The translations under genes and the position numbers were made by a program. This document shows, one piece after another, positions 14,955 through 23,499 of a stretch of DNA of 64,000 nucleotides. Source of the DNA: Pseudomonas aeruginosa PAO1. GTDB taxonomy: Bacteria > Pseudomonadota > Gammaproteobacteria > Pseudomonadales > Pseudomonadaceae. The notes below the pieces were generated by a model, which saw only the letters and a list, made by a program, of their open reading frames with translations, did not search any database and was not told where the DNA came from. The number at the start of each line of letters is the position of its first letter. Within the stretch, counting starts at the first letter, position 1. The stretch lies in assembly GCF_000006765.1 (NCBI RefSeq), contig NC_002516.2; one strand, written 5' to 3'.

Positions 14955-14984
14955 AAAAAGACCTCGCCGGAGCGAGGCCGAAAA
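14955..14984 (-). terminator. Intrinsic terminator after oprO
   Basis: Minus strand GGCCTCGC-TCCG-GCGAGGTC-TTTTT. Confidence 0.65.
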
Positions 14985-15007
14985 CAGGAGCAGATCGTTG
15001 TCGCTTC

Positions 15008-16324
15008 TTAGAACACGTACTGCAAACGGGTCACGAAGCCGTCGCCGTCATCGTCGCCATTGTTGTTGGTGATCTTGTCGGTCTTCGCCTTGACGTAGGC
15101 CGCGCTGATCTTCACCGCATCGTTGACGTACCAGTTCACGCCCAGGTTGTGGGCCTTGGCCTTGGTGTCGCCGACTTCGCGAGTGGCGGTATCGGCGACC
15201 ACGTTGTCGTCTTCCACCTTGATGTTGTCGTAGCGGTAGAACACTTCCCAGGCGCCGATTTCCTTGTTTTCCGGCTTGACGGAGTCGAACTTGGCACCTT
15301 CCAGCTTGTACTGGCGGGACTCGCCGGTCAGGGTGTAGGCCAGTTGCGCGTAGTAACCCTTGGCCTTGATGTCCTTGTAGGCGTTGTCATCGGCCTTCAG
15401 CTTGCGTGCCAGGTATTCGGCCTGGGCCGAGAACGGGCCCATTGCCCAGGCGCCTTCCAGGCCCCAGACGCTATCGTCCTTGTAGGAACCGGCCGGCGAG
15501 TTGGAGACACCGCCGAAGGTCGCGCGGTTGCCGTTGTCACCGGCGTCGTTGCCGCCGCTGGTGGCGATGCCGCGCATGCCCAGGCGCGGACGGATGCGCG
15601 AGTCGAAGGCGGTGTCGTCGAGGTCGCGGTAGGCATAGTTCACGCCGACATGCAGAACATTGCCGGCTTCGTGCATCGGCGCGAACACGCCGCGGAAGTT
15701 GAACTGCTTGACGCTGTCGCCGTCGCTGTCGTCGGCGTCCTTGGCGGATACGCCGGCGGACAGGTAGGCCATGTCGGCGAGGGTCGAGTTGACCTGGGCG
15801 CCCATGCCGTCCTGGTGGGTGTTGATCCAGTCGGCCAGTTCGTAGGCGGCGTTACGCTCGGGAGCGGTCACCCACTTGGAGCTGGTGGCCTTTTCCAGGC
15901 CGAAGTCGGGGTCGAAGCGACCGAACTTCAGGTTGACCGGGTTGAAGCCGGTGTAGGTGACCGAAGCTTCGTCGAAATAGCCGTTGTCGGAGCTGCCGGT
16001 GTTGTGCGACAGGTCGAAGTTGATCTGGTATTTCCAGTCCTTGTACGCGGTGCCGCCGAGTTCGATGAAGGCGCGGCGGAAGTAGGCGGCGTCGGCGGTG
16101 TTGCCATTCTTGGTATAGAAACCGTCGAAACGGCTGTAGTCGGCCTGCAGGCGACCGCCCAGCTTGAAGCTGAATTCCTTGTCGGTGGTGGCGACTTCGA
16201 GGCCACCCTTGGTCTTGATCACGATATCGGCGCCGTCGGTGGTCACGGTGCCGGCGAACGCCTGGGCAGATACGGCCAGAGCCAGAGCGCTGGCAACGAA
16301 GCCGAGCGAGTGCTTACGGATCAT
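15008..16324 (-). CDS. oprO: Pyrophosphate/polyphosphate-selective porin OprO
   Basis: 438 aa from MIRKHS; paralogue of OprP with RRAFIE and GRFDPDFG (Phe/Asp specificity residues). Confidence 0.97.
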   Translation of the reverse strand: MIRKHSLGFVASALALAVSAQAFAGTVTTDGADIVIKTKGGLEVATTDKEFSFKLGGRLQADYSRFDGFYTKNGNTADAAYFRRAFIELGGTAYKDWKYQINFDLSHNTGSSDNGYFDEASVTYTGFNPVNLKFGRFDPDFGLEKATSSKWVTAPERNAAYELADWINTHQDGMGAQVNSTLADMAYLSAGVSAKDADDSDGDSVKQFNFRGVFAPMHEAGNVLHVGVNYAYRDLDDTAFDSRIRPRLGMRGIATSGGNDAGDNGNRATFGGVSNSPAGSYKDDSVWGLEGAWAMGPFSAQAEYLARKLKADDNAYKDIKAKGYYAQLAYTLTGESRQYKLEGAKFDSVKPENKEIGAWEVFYRYDNIKVEDDNVVADTATREVGDTKAKAHNLGVNWYVNDAVKISAAYVKAKTDKITNNNGDDDGDGFVTRLQYVF

Positions 16325-16447
16325 CGAAGATTTCCCCTTAATGGTGTGTGCATTGGCAACACGCGAGTGCCTGGCTACAGCGCGCCCCTTGTTCCGCGCT
16401 GGCCGTAAGGCGGCCCCTTTGTGTTGGGGGAATCTTGGCGATGGCAG

Positions 16448-16487
16448 ATTGCAGCCAAATTGCATGGAGATAAATGTTTCATTACAG
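16448..16487 (-). promoter_or_regulatory. Tandem Pho-box array of oprO
   Basis: Minus strand CTGTAAT-GAAA-CATTTAT-CTCC-ATGCAAT-TTGG-CTGCAAT: four heptads at exact 11-bp spacing. Confidence 0.8.
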
Positions 16488-16569
16488 AGGAACTTTTTAT
16501 CTCCAATGCGAATAACGCGAAAAGCCCTCTACTACGGGCCTTTCGGGTTATTCGATATGGGTAGAAATC

Positions 16570-17163
16570 TCAGCGCAATTTTTGCGCAATCCAGAAGTCA
16601 GCAGAAAGCCACTTGCCGGCGCCGCCGAAGAACAGCGCGAGCAACATCACCAGGTAGGTCGCGGCGAACTCGATGCCGTTGTTGACGATGGCGAAGCTTC
16701 CGCTCGACGTCAGCCAGTCGTAGTTGCCGTATTCGCGCAGGATTTCCCGGGCTCGCGCCAGCTTCTCGCCAGCCTCCAGCACCTGGGCGTTGGCGAACGG
16801 CGCGGACGGATCGGCGATCGCCTGCCAGCCGTTCGGCCAGTGCACGGCGAAGATCGCTACCAGCATGGTCACCATCAGCGGCAGGCTGATCCAGCGCACG
16901 GCCAGGCCGCACAACAGCAGCACGGCGCCACCGGCCTCGCTCAGCGCGGCGAGCCAGGCCAGCAGTTCGGGAAACGGCAGGCCGAGTCCCCAGTCGGGAT
17001 TGCCGAACCACTCGATGGTGGCCGGCATGTCCGCCAGCTTCTGGCTGCCGGCCATCCAGAACACCGGCGCCAGGTACAGGCGCAGCGCCAGCGGGGCGAG
17101 GAAATCCGCTCGACGGGTGACGTCGAGGGCATGCTGTAAACGCAGGAAGACAGTCTTCATCAT
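16570..17163 (-). CDS. DoxX-family membrane protein (BufD/HvfD-like; PA3281)
   Basis: PLALRLYLAPVFWMAG..K, E..G.VLLL.GL..R, NGIEF; start overlaps the DUF2063 stop. Confidence 0.85.
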   Translation of the reverse strand: MMKTVFLRLQHALDVTRRADFLAPLALRLYLAPVFWMAGSQKLADMPATIEWFGNPDWGLGLPFPELLAWLAALSEAGGAVLLLCGLAVRWISLPLMVTMLVAIFAVHWPNGWQAIADPSAPFANAQVLEAGEKLARAREILREYGNYDWLTSSGSFAIVNNGIEFAATYLVMLLALFFGGAGKWLSADFWIAQKLR

Positions 17164-17897
17164 CACTCCAGAGCGCCCTCGCCCATGAGGATACCCTGGG
17201 CGTGCCAGTCCTCCAGCAAGGCGAAGGCATTTTCGAAATACTCCACGTCGGCGCTCAGGCCGCAGCTTCCGGCCAACTCGCGCAACAACGGCAGCAGCGC
17301 CACCGGCGCCTCGCCCTCCTCGCTCAGGCGCTGCGCGAGGCGATAGGCGAATGGCGACAGGTGCAGGAAGCGCACCCGCTCCGCCGGATCGCGCCAGACC
17401 AGCAGGCAGGTCGGCTCGGCCGGCGGCTCCATCGGCCGATGGCTCGGCCCCAGGCGATGGACCGGCCAGCGATAGGCCAGCGGCCAGGCCAGTGGCGACC
17501 ACGACCAGGCCTGCGGCAGCGTCTCGACAGGCGCCTCGGCCAGCGACAGGGCCAGCTCGACCCACTCGTAGTGAGCCAGCTCCAGCAGGAAGGGCGGATC
17601 GCCCTCCTCCGCGCGGTAGCCGTCCTGCAGCCAGCCGATGAACTCCTCGCCCAATTGGCTGAAGTACGGTGTGCGGCAGCGATGCTCGCGCATGAAGGCA
17701 CGCACCAGGCGATGCCAGCGCGGCTCGTCGAACAACTGGCGCAGGACCGGGAAACCGCTGCTGATGAAACCGTCCAGGTTGTTGAAGAACAGTTCCTCGT
17801 AGATCGCCATGCGCTCCGTCGCGATGCCGGGCGGCAAGGCCTGCTGCGGATCGCGGATACGTGCGGCGAAACGCCGTTGCAAGGTCGTGTGGTTCAT
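17163..17897 (-). CDS. DUF2063 / RiPP-recognition partner protein (BufC/HvfC-like; PA3282)
   Basis: RMAIYEELFFNNL...F...H.CRTPYF...F...LLELAHYEWVEL; ATGA overlap with the DUF692 gene. Confidence 0.85.
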   Translation of the reverse strand: MNHTTLQRRFAARIRDPQQALPPGIATERMAIYEELFFNNLDGFISSGFPVLRQLFDEPRWHRLVRAFMREHRCRTPYFSQLGEEFIGWLQDGYRAEEGDPPFLLELAHYEWVELALSLAEAPVETLPQAWSWSPLAWPLAYRWPVHRLGPSHRPMEPPAEPTCLLVWRDPAERVRFLHLSPFAYRLAQRLSEEGEAPVALLPLLRELAGSCGLSADVEYFENAFALLEDWHAQGILMGEGALE

Positions 17898-18748
17898 GTG
17901 CCGTACCCCAGGCTGCGCAGTTGCGCTTCACCGCTGCGCCGCTGCAGCTCGCGGATGCGATCGGTTTCGGCATACAGCTCGCTCAGTGGCGGGAGGTTGA
18001 AATCGCGCTCCAGCAGCGTCGGGCGTTCGCCATGGCAGGCATAGGCATGTGCCAGCAGTTCCCAGACCGGATCGCAGACCGGCGCGCCATGGGTGTCGAT
18101 CTTCAGGCTGGCGCCCTGTTCGTCGTGCCCGGCCATGTGCAGGTAGGCGATCCTCCGGCTGGGCATCGCGGCGATGTAGGCGTGTGCGTCGAAACCGAAG
18201 TTGCAGGCGTTGACGTAGACGTTGTTGACGTCCAGCAGCAATTGGCAATCGGCTTCCTCCAGTACCGCGCGGACGAAATCGACTTCTTCCAGCTCGCCCG
18301 GCAAGCGCGCATACGCCGAGACGTTCTCGACGATCAACGGCCGCTCGAGGACGTCCTGTACCACCCGGACCCGTTCGGCGACCCGGCGCACCGATTCGTC
18401 GCTGAACGGTAGCGGCATCAGGTCGTAGAGCTGGCCGTCGTCGGCGCAGGCCGACAGGTGCTCGCTGTAGGCACGGATGTCATGCTGCTCGATGAAACCC
18501 TTGATCGCGCGCAGCAACGACATGTCCAGCGGGGCGTAGCCACCGAGGTTGAGAGACAGACCATGGCAGAGGAACGGCAGGCGCTCGGTCAGCTCGCGGA
18601 ACTGGCGGCCGAGACGGCCGCCGATGCCGATCCAGTTCTCCGGAGCGACCTCGAGGAAGTCGACCCGGACCCCATCGCCGGCGCCGAGCGGCTCCAGCAG
18701 CGCGCGACGCAGGCCTAGCCCGGCGCCGCTGACGAATTCCCGTTGCAT
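17894..18748 (-). CDS. MNIO (DUF692) multinuclear non-heme iron oxidative enzyme (BufB/HvfB-like; PA3283)
   Basis: GLGLRR, EVAPENW, CHGLS, YSEHLS, DLMPLP, ENVS, LLLDVNNVYVN, HMAGH, DTH, LLERD. Confidence 0.92.
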   Translation of the reverse strand: MQREFVSGAGLGLRRALLEPLGAGDGVRVDFLEVAPENWIGIGGRLGRQFRELTERLPFLCHGLSLNLGGYAPLDMSLLRAIKGFIEQHDIRAYSEHLSACADDGQLYDLMPLPFSDESVRRVAERVRVVQDVLERPLIVENVSAYARLPGELEEVDFVRAVLEEADCQLLLDVNNVYVNACNFGFDAHAYIAAMPSRRIAYLHMAGHDEQGASLKIDTHGAPVCDPVWELLAHAYACHGERPTLLERDFNLPPLSELYAETDRIRELQRRSGEAQLRSLGYGT

Positions 18749-18766
18749 GGTCCGTCTCCTCAGGCC

Positions 18767-19081
18767 TTACGACTTCTTCTTGTCGGCGCCGCAGTTGCCT
18801 TCGCCGGCCTTCTTCTCGCCACCGCAGGAACCTTCCTTGGCCTTGCGATCCGCACCGCAGCTGCCTTCATGACCGGCCTTGGAGGCTTCGCGCTTGCCCT
18901 TGTCGGCACCGCACTTGGCCTCGCCGCAGGAACCTTCCTTGGCTTTCTCGGCGGCAGCCACGCTGTAGCCGCTGCTCAGCTCCTGCACGGCGAAGGGATT
19001 CTGCGCGGCATGCGCGCCGACACTGGCTACGCCGAGCAGAGCAGCGCCGACGACGGAAGAAGCGAGGGAAATCTTTTTCAT
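18767..19081 (-). CDS. RiPP precursor with signal peptide and 5 ExxCG motifs (HvfA/bufferin-like; PA3284)
   Basis: AGGAG RBS; MKKISL...GAHA|AQNPF; EGSCG, EAKCG, EGSCG, EGSCG, EGNCG; first gene of the MNIO operon. Confidence 0.88.
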   Translation of the reverse strand: MKKISLASSVVGAALLGVASVGAHAAQNPFAVQELSSGYSVAAAEKAKEGSCGEAKCGADKGKREASKAGHEGSCGADRKAKEGSCGGEKKAGEGNCGADKKKS

Positions 19082-19134
19082 GGGTAACTCCTGAAGTTGG
19101 TAGCGGGCGCCGGTATGGCGTCCTCGCTCCAATG

Positions 19135-19160
19135 GACGGAGCACCCCTGGCGGCGTTACA
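19135..19160 (-). promoter_or_regulatory. Putative ECF sigma promoter of the RiPP operon
   Basis: Minus strand TGTAAC-N16-CGTC, with the -10 element 54 nt upstream of the precursor ATG. Confidence 0.65.
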
Positions 19161-19306
19161 GCGGAGTCGAAAAAAATTTCCCGTCCCTTTGCCTGAACTC
19201 AGGGATTGCCCCTGCTGGAGAAATATCGGTCGGCGATATTCGCCAGGTCCCAGGCGTTCTCCTCAACTTCGGATGCTCGCCCAGCGAAACGGATTGCCGC
19301 CCCTCC

Positions 19307-19337
19307 GTAGGGCGCATATCGCGCAGCGATATCCGCC
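19307..19337 (+). repeat. REP-like palindrome
   Basis: GTAGGGCGCATATCGC-GCA-GCGATATCCGCC resembles Pseudomonas GTAG-type REPs. Confidence 0.55.
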
Positions 19338-19430
19338 AAGCCCAGCCACACTCCTCGACCTCGTCACGCGGAAGAGAGAGCCGCCCACGCCAGGCCGGGT
19401 CCGGTTCGCCCACGCCGGATAGCGGAAACG

Positions 19431-19466
19431 AAAAAGCCGCCGCCCACGAATCGCGGGCGGCGGCTT
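19431..19466 (-). terminator. Intrinsic terminator after the anti-sigma gene
   Basis: Minus strand AAGCCGCCGCCC-loop-GGGCGGCGGC-TTTTT. Confidence 0.75.
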
Positions 19467-19486
19467 GGTGTCGAGGGTACCCCGGC

Positions 19487-19726
19487 TCAGCGCCGCGCGG
19501 CGTCCTTGCGCAATTCGGAGAGATGCGCGGCCAGACGGTCGAGTTCCGGCCCCTGCCCTTCCGGCAGATGGCGCACGGTCGCCTGGGTCAGGCGCATCTG
19601 GCGGATGAAGCGCCGGCAATGCCGGCACATGAGCAGGTGGCTGCGCACCGCCAGTTGTCCACGGAAGTCCAGTTGCCCATCGAGAAAGTCGCTGGACCGG
19701 GCGACCAGTTCCTTGCAACTCAGCAT
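19487..19726 (-). CDS. Soluble zinc-binding anti-sigma factor (zf-HC2/ZAS)
   Basis: 79 aa, MLSCKE...HLLMCRHC (HxxxCxxC), no TM; overlaps the sigma stop by 7 nt. Confidence 0.85.
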   Translation of the reverse strand: MLSCKELVARSSDFLDGQLDFRGQLAVRSHLLMCRHCRRFIRQMRLTQATVRHLPEGQGPELDRLAAHLSELRKDAARR

Positions 19727-20331
19727 TGGCCGGTCTCCTCGAAATGCTCCAGGGTGGCGAAGACCTTCAGGCGGGCGCGATGCAGCAGCACCCGGACATT
19801 GGAAAGCGTGATATCCAGGAGATCACGGATTTCCTCCAGCTCCAAGCCCTGGCGTTCGCGCAGGGTCAGCACGCTGCGCTGCAGTTCGGACAGACCGTTG
19901 AGGGTCTTGTCCAGGCAATCGCGCAGTTCGCCCTCGGTGAGCAGGGCTTCCGGCGAATCCTCGTGCCAGGCGTGCGGCGGCTGGCTCCAGTGACCGTCGG
20001 CGGCAAAGCGCTGGTCATCCACCGTACCATGGGGCCCCGGCAGGTCGTCGAGGAAAACTTCCCGGCGAACCTGGCGCAAGCGGCTCTTGGCGGTATTGGC
20101 GGTAATGGTCAGCAGCCAGGTCTTCAGGCTCGAACGCCCCTGGAACCCGTCCAGCCCGCGAACCGCCGCGAGCCAGGCGTCCTGCACCACTTCCTCGGTA
20201 TGCGATCTGCCGATGATCGCCCAGGCCACGGCCCGCATGGCGCCCTGGTAGGCGCCAACCAGCTCGCGGAAGGCTCGCTGCTCGCCGGCCAGCAGGCGCG
20301 GCAGCAGCTCGGCGTCGGTAGGCGCCGCCAC
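19720..20331 (-). CDS. ECF RNA polymerase sigma-70 factor (PA3285)
   Basis: Region 2 EEVVQDAWL...SLKTWLLTITAN; region 4 LSELQRSVLTLRE...NVRVLLHRAR; GTG start. Confidence 0.92.
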   Translation of the reverse strand: MAAPTDAELLPRLLAGEQRAFRELVGAYQGAMRAVAWAIIGRSHTEEVVQDAWLAAVRGLDGFQGRSSLKTWLLTITANTAKSRLRQVRREVFLDDLPGPHGTVDDQRFAADGHWSQPPHAWHEDSPEALLTEGELRDCLDKTLNGLSELQRSVLTLRERQGLELEEIRDLLDITLSNVRVLLHRARLKVFATLEHFEETGQC

Positions 20332-20333
20332 GA

Positions 20334-21455
20334 TCAGTGTTTACGCAGGATCACGCTACCGATCGAATAACCGGCGCCGAACGAGCTGAGCACCCCGATG
20401 GCGCCGCTGGGCAGGTCGTCCTGGTGCTTGTGCAGGGCGATCACCGAGCCGGCGGAACTGGTATTCGCGTAGCTGTCGAGGATCACCGGCGCCTCGTGCG
20501 CCTCGGCGTCGCGGCCGAGCAGCTTGCGGGTGATCAGTAGGTTCATGTTCAGGTTGGCCTGGTGCAGCCAGAAGCGCTTGACCTCGGCGACCTGGATTTC
20601 ATTGGCCGCCAGGTGCTCGCCGATCAGCTCGGCGACCATCGGGCAGACATCCTTGAACACCTTGCGGCCTTCCTGGACGAACAGCTTGTCGCGCTTGCCG
20701 ATACCGCTCTCGTCGGCGCGGTTGAGGAAGCCGAAGTTGTTGCGGATGTTGTTGGAGAACTGGGTCAGCAGCCTGGTGCTGACGATGTCGAACTGGTGCT
20801 TCGACACGGCCAGGTCGGCGCGCTCGACGATCACCGCGGTGCAGGCGTCGCCGAAGATGAAGTGGCTGTCGCGGTCGCGGAAGTTCAGGTGGCCGGTGCA
20901 GATCTCCGGGTTGACCATCAGGATCGCCCGCGCCTGGCCGGTCTGGATCGCGGTGGTGGCGGCCTGGATACCGAAGGTGGCCGAGGAGCAGGCCACGTTC
21001 ATGTCGTAGCCGTAGCCCTGGATGCCCAGCGCGGCCTGCACCTCCACCGCGATCGCCGGGTAGGCGCGCTGCAGGTTGGAGCAGGCGACGATCACCCCGT
21101 CGATGTCGGCGGCGCTGCGGCCGGCACGCTGCAGCGCCTCCCTGGCGGCGGCCACGGCCATCTCGCAGAGGATCGACCACTCGTCGTTGCTGCGCTCGGG
21201 AAGGTACGGAACCATGCGCTGCGGGTCGAGGATGCCTTCCTTGTTCATCACGAAGCGGCTCTTGATGCCGGACGCCTTCTCGATGAACGCCGAGCTGGAC
21301 TCGGCCAGCGCCTCCAGTTCGCCCTTGGCGATGGCCTCGGCGTGCTGGTCGTTGTACTGGCGCACGAAGGTATTGAAGCTCTCCACCAGCTCATCGTTGG
21401 AGATGCTGTAGGGCGGAGTATAAAGACCGGTTCCGCTGATGACGGCTTTATGCAC
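20334..21455 (-). CDS. Beta-ketoacyl-ACP synthase III-like condensing enzyme (PA3286, octanoyl-CoA shunt)
   Basis: NVACSS (catalytic Cys), FGDA, HQAN (His/Asn), GAG; GTG start after AGAGG. Confidence 0.9.
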   Translation of the reverse strand: MHKAVISGTGLYTPPYSISNDELVESFNTFVRQYNDQHAEAIAKGELEALAESSSAFIEKASGIKSRFVMNKEGILDPQRMVPYLPERSNDEWSILCEMAVAAAREALQRAGRSAADIDGVIVACSNLQRAYPAIAVEVQAALGIQGYGYDMNVACSSATFGIQAATTAIQTGQARAILMVNPEICTGHLNFRDRDSHFIFGDACTAVIVERADLAVSKHQFDIVSTRLLTQFSNNIRNNFGFLNRADESGIGKRDKLFVQEGRKVFKDVCPMVAELIGEHLAANEIQVAEVKRFWLHQANLNMNLLITRKLLGRDAEAHEAPVILDSYANTSSAGSVIALHKHQDDLPSGAIGVLSSFGAGYSIGSVILRKH

Positions 21456-21945
21456 AGTTGTTCCTCTTCTCTCGCTGGGCCGCCGTCGAACGGGGCCGAT
21501 TAGGCATAGCGGTGCCCGCCTGGGGCCGGCACCGGAAACGGGTTCGCTCGCGGCGATGCCGGGCGCTCTACGAAAAGACGTTGGCGACGCGCTTTCGTAC
21601 AGGGCCCGGGCAAGGTCGGCCATTGCGCAGTGTGCCACCGCCTCGCTTCGGCAAGCGCGCGCACCGCTCAGTGGTATCGAAGGCGCCAAGGATATTCCAG
21701 AGTGCGCGCCGGGCACAGCCGATAGGCGCACGATCGGTTTATTTTCCCCGTTTTCGCCACCGATATCCGTATCGAACTGTAAAGACGACGCAACCAGGCC
21801 GGCTTCCGGTCACAGCAGGCTGGCACCTTCCCACCCCAACCATCGATTGAATTTGCCAACCCGCCCCATAGGCAATGCTCAACAGCCCACCTCGGCAAGG
21901 CCGCCTATCATTCGGCAAACCCGGTATTCACAAGGAAGCAGCCCC

Positions 21946-22461
21946 ATGACCGATAGCCCTCGTCCAGAACTGGATATGGAAACCCAGGAGTTCGTCCACC
22001 AGCTGTTCGACCTGGCCCGCCAGGGCAACAGCCAGCGCCTCGAGCAACTGCTGCAACAGGGCCTGCCGCCGAACCTGCGCAACCACAAGGGCGACAGCCT
22101 GCTGATGCTGGCCAGCTACCATGGCCACGCCGACACGGTACGCCTGCTGCTGGCCTACAAGGCCGACCCGGACCTGCGCAACCTGGCCGGGCAGACACCG
22201 CTGGCCGGCGCTGCGTTCAAGGGCGACCTGGCGATGGTCGAACTGCTCCTCGCCGGCGGCGCCGACGTCGAGGGCGCCTCGGCCGACGGCAAAACCGCAC
22301 TGATGATGGCGGCCATGTTCAACCAGGCCGAGGTCGCCGCCAGCCTGCTGGCCCACGGCGCCCGTCGTGACGCCCAGGACGCCGCCGGGCTGACGCCGCT
22401 GGCGGCGGCGCGGATGATGAATGCCGAGGCCACGGTCGCGCTGCTCAGCCGGCCCCACTGA
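21946..22461 (+). CDS. Ankyrin-repeat protein (PA3287-like)
   Basis: Repeats GDSLLMLASYHG, GQTPLAGAAFKG, GKTALMMAAMFN, GLTPLAAA. Confidence 0.9.
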   Translation: MTDSPRPELDMETQEFVHQLFDLARQGNSQRLEQLLQQGLPPNLRNHKGDSLLMLASYHGHADTVRLLLAYKADPDLRNLAGQTPLAGAAFKGDLAMVELLLAGGADVEGASADGKTALMMAAMFNQAEVAASLLAHGARRDAQDAAGLTPLAAARMMNAEATVALLSRPH

Positions 22462-22464
22462 GCC

Positions 22465-22935
22465 TCAATCCGCCAGCACCTCGGCCAGGCTGACGACCTG
22501 GCCGAAATGATGCTTCCACAGGCGCACACCCAGCTCCCCCGAGCGATCCAGCGAGGAGCCGAGCACCAGGTCGCCGATCAGGGTCGGTTGCAGGCCGGCG
22601 TCGAACAGGGCGAAGCCGGCGGCGAGCACGCAGGTGTCAGCCTGGATGCCGCAGACCAGCACCCGTTCCGCTCGCAGCGCACGCAGATGGTCGACGAGTT
22701 CCGCCGTCGGCAGGTAGCCATGCTTGACGAAGACCCGGTCGGCCGCCACCAGGCAGGCATCGTCGAGCGGCGGTCGCCAGCCGAGCTGGCGCTGGAACGG
22801 CGTACGGGATTCGTCATGGCGCTCGACGCTGGCCACCGAGGGCATCCGCCCGAGCAGTTGGCCGATGCCTTCCAGCAGCCAGTCCGGCGGGGCGAAACAG
22901 GGTTGCACGTCGACGATCAGCAGGGCCTGGCGCAT
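22465..22935 (-). CDS. Isochorismatase-family cysteine hydrolase (PA3288-like)
   Basis: ALLIVDVQ, FVKHGY, GIQADTCV (D-K-C triad). Confidence 0.85.
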   Translation of the reverse strand: MRQALLIVDVQPCFAPPDWLLEGIGQLLGRMPSVASVERHDESRTPFQRQLGWRPPLDDACLVAADRVFVKHGYLPTAELVDHLRALRAERVLVCGIQADTCVLAAGFALFDAGLQPTLIGDLVLGSSLDRSGELGVRLWKHHFGQVVSLAEVLAD

Positions 22936-23047
22936 CGGTAGTCGGCTCCGGAAGAACAGGCCAGGCATTCTAGCCCACTCCGCCCCGTCGCTCCGCGCTC
23001 CAGCGAAACTGGGCTAGCCTGAGGGAACCTTTCGACGGAGAGCCTTC

Positions 23048-23461
23048 ATGCGCCCGATGTACGCCGTAGCGATCCTTTTCCTCCTGGCCGGCTGTTCCTC
23101 GGTTCCCGCCGAGAAGACCCGGGCGATCCCCGCCGAACGCCTGCTCGGCTACCAGCAACCGGTGAGCGGTGGCGGCCGGCTGGAAGTCCACCGCGACTAT
23201 GGCTACCTGGGCGGCGGCTGCTACGTGGCGTTCCTTATCGACCGCCAGGTCGCCGCGCGCATCGGCGTCGGCGAGGAAGCCAGCTTCCAGGTGCCGGCGG
23301 GCGAGCATGTGGTCGGTATCGGCATCGATACCCAGGACGACACCCTCTGCGGCAAGGGCCTGCTGAACCGCGAGCTGAGAACCCGGATCGCCGCGGACGG
23401 CAACGCGCGCTTCCGCATCGTCAGCGAGGCCAGCAGCGGGTTCGACATCCGCGCCGAATGA
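23048..23461 (+). CDS. Hypothetical lipoprotein (PA3289-like)
   Basis: Lipobox LLAGC; small beta-sandwich-like mature domain. Confidence 0.75.
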   Translation: MRPMYAVAILFLLAGCSSVPAEKTRAIPAERLLGYQQPVSGGGRLEVHRDYGYLGGGCYVAFLIDRQVAARIGVGEEASFQVPAGEHVVGIGIDTQDDTLCGKGLLNRELRTRIAADGNARFRIVSEASSGFDIRAE

Positions 23462-23499
23462 TCCGGGGCGACAGGTCGGCCGCGTTCGCCGGTCGAGGT

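Noticed and set aside
21845-21910. Possible OxyR site upstream of the ankyrin gene
   Set aside because: ATAG and CTAT are present but 41 bp apart end to end, not in the 37-bp ATAG-N7-CTAT-N7-ATAG-N7-CTAT phase.
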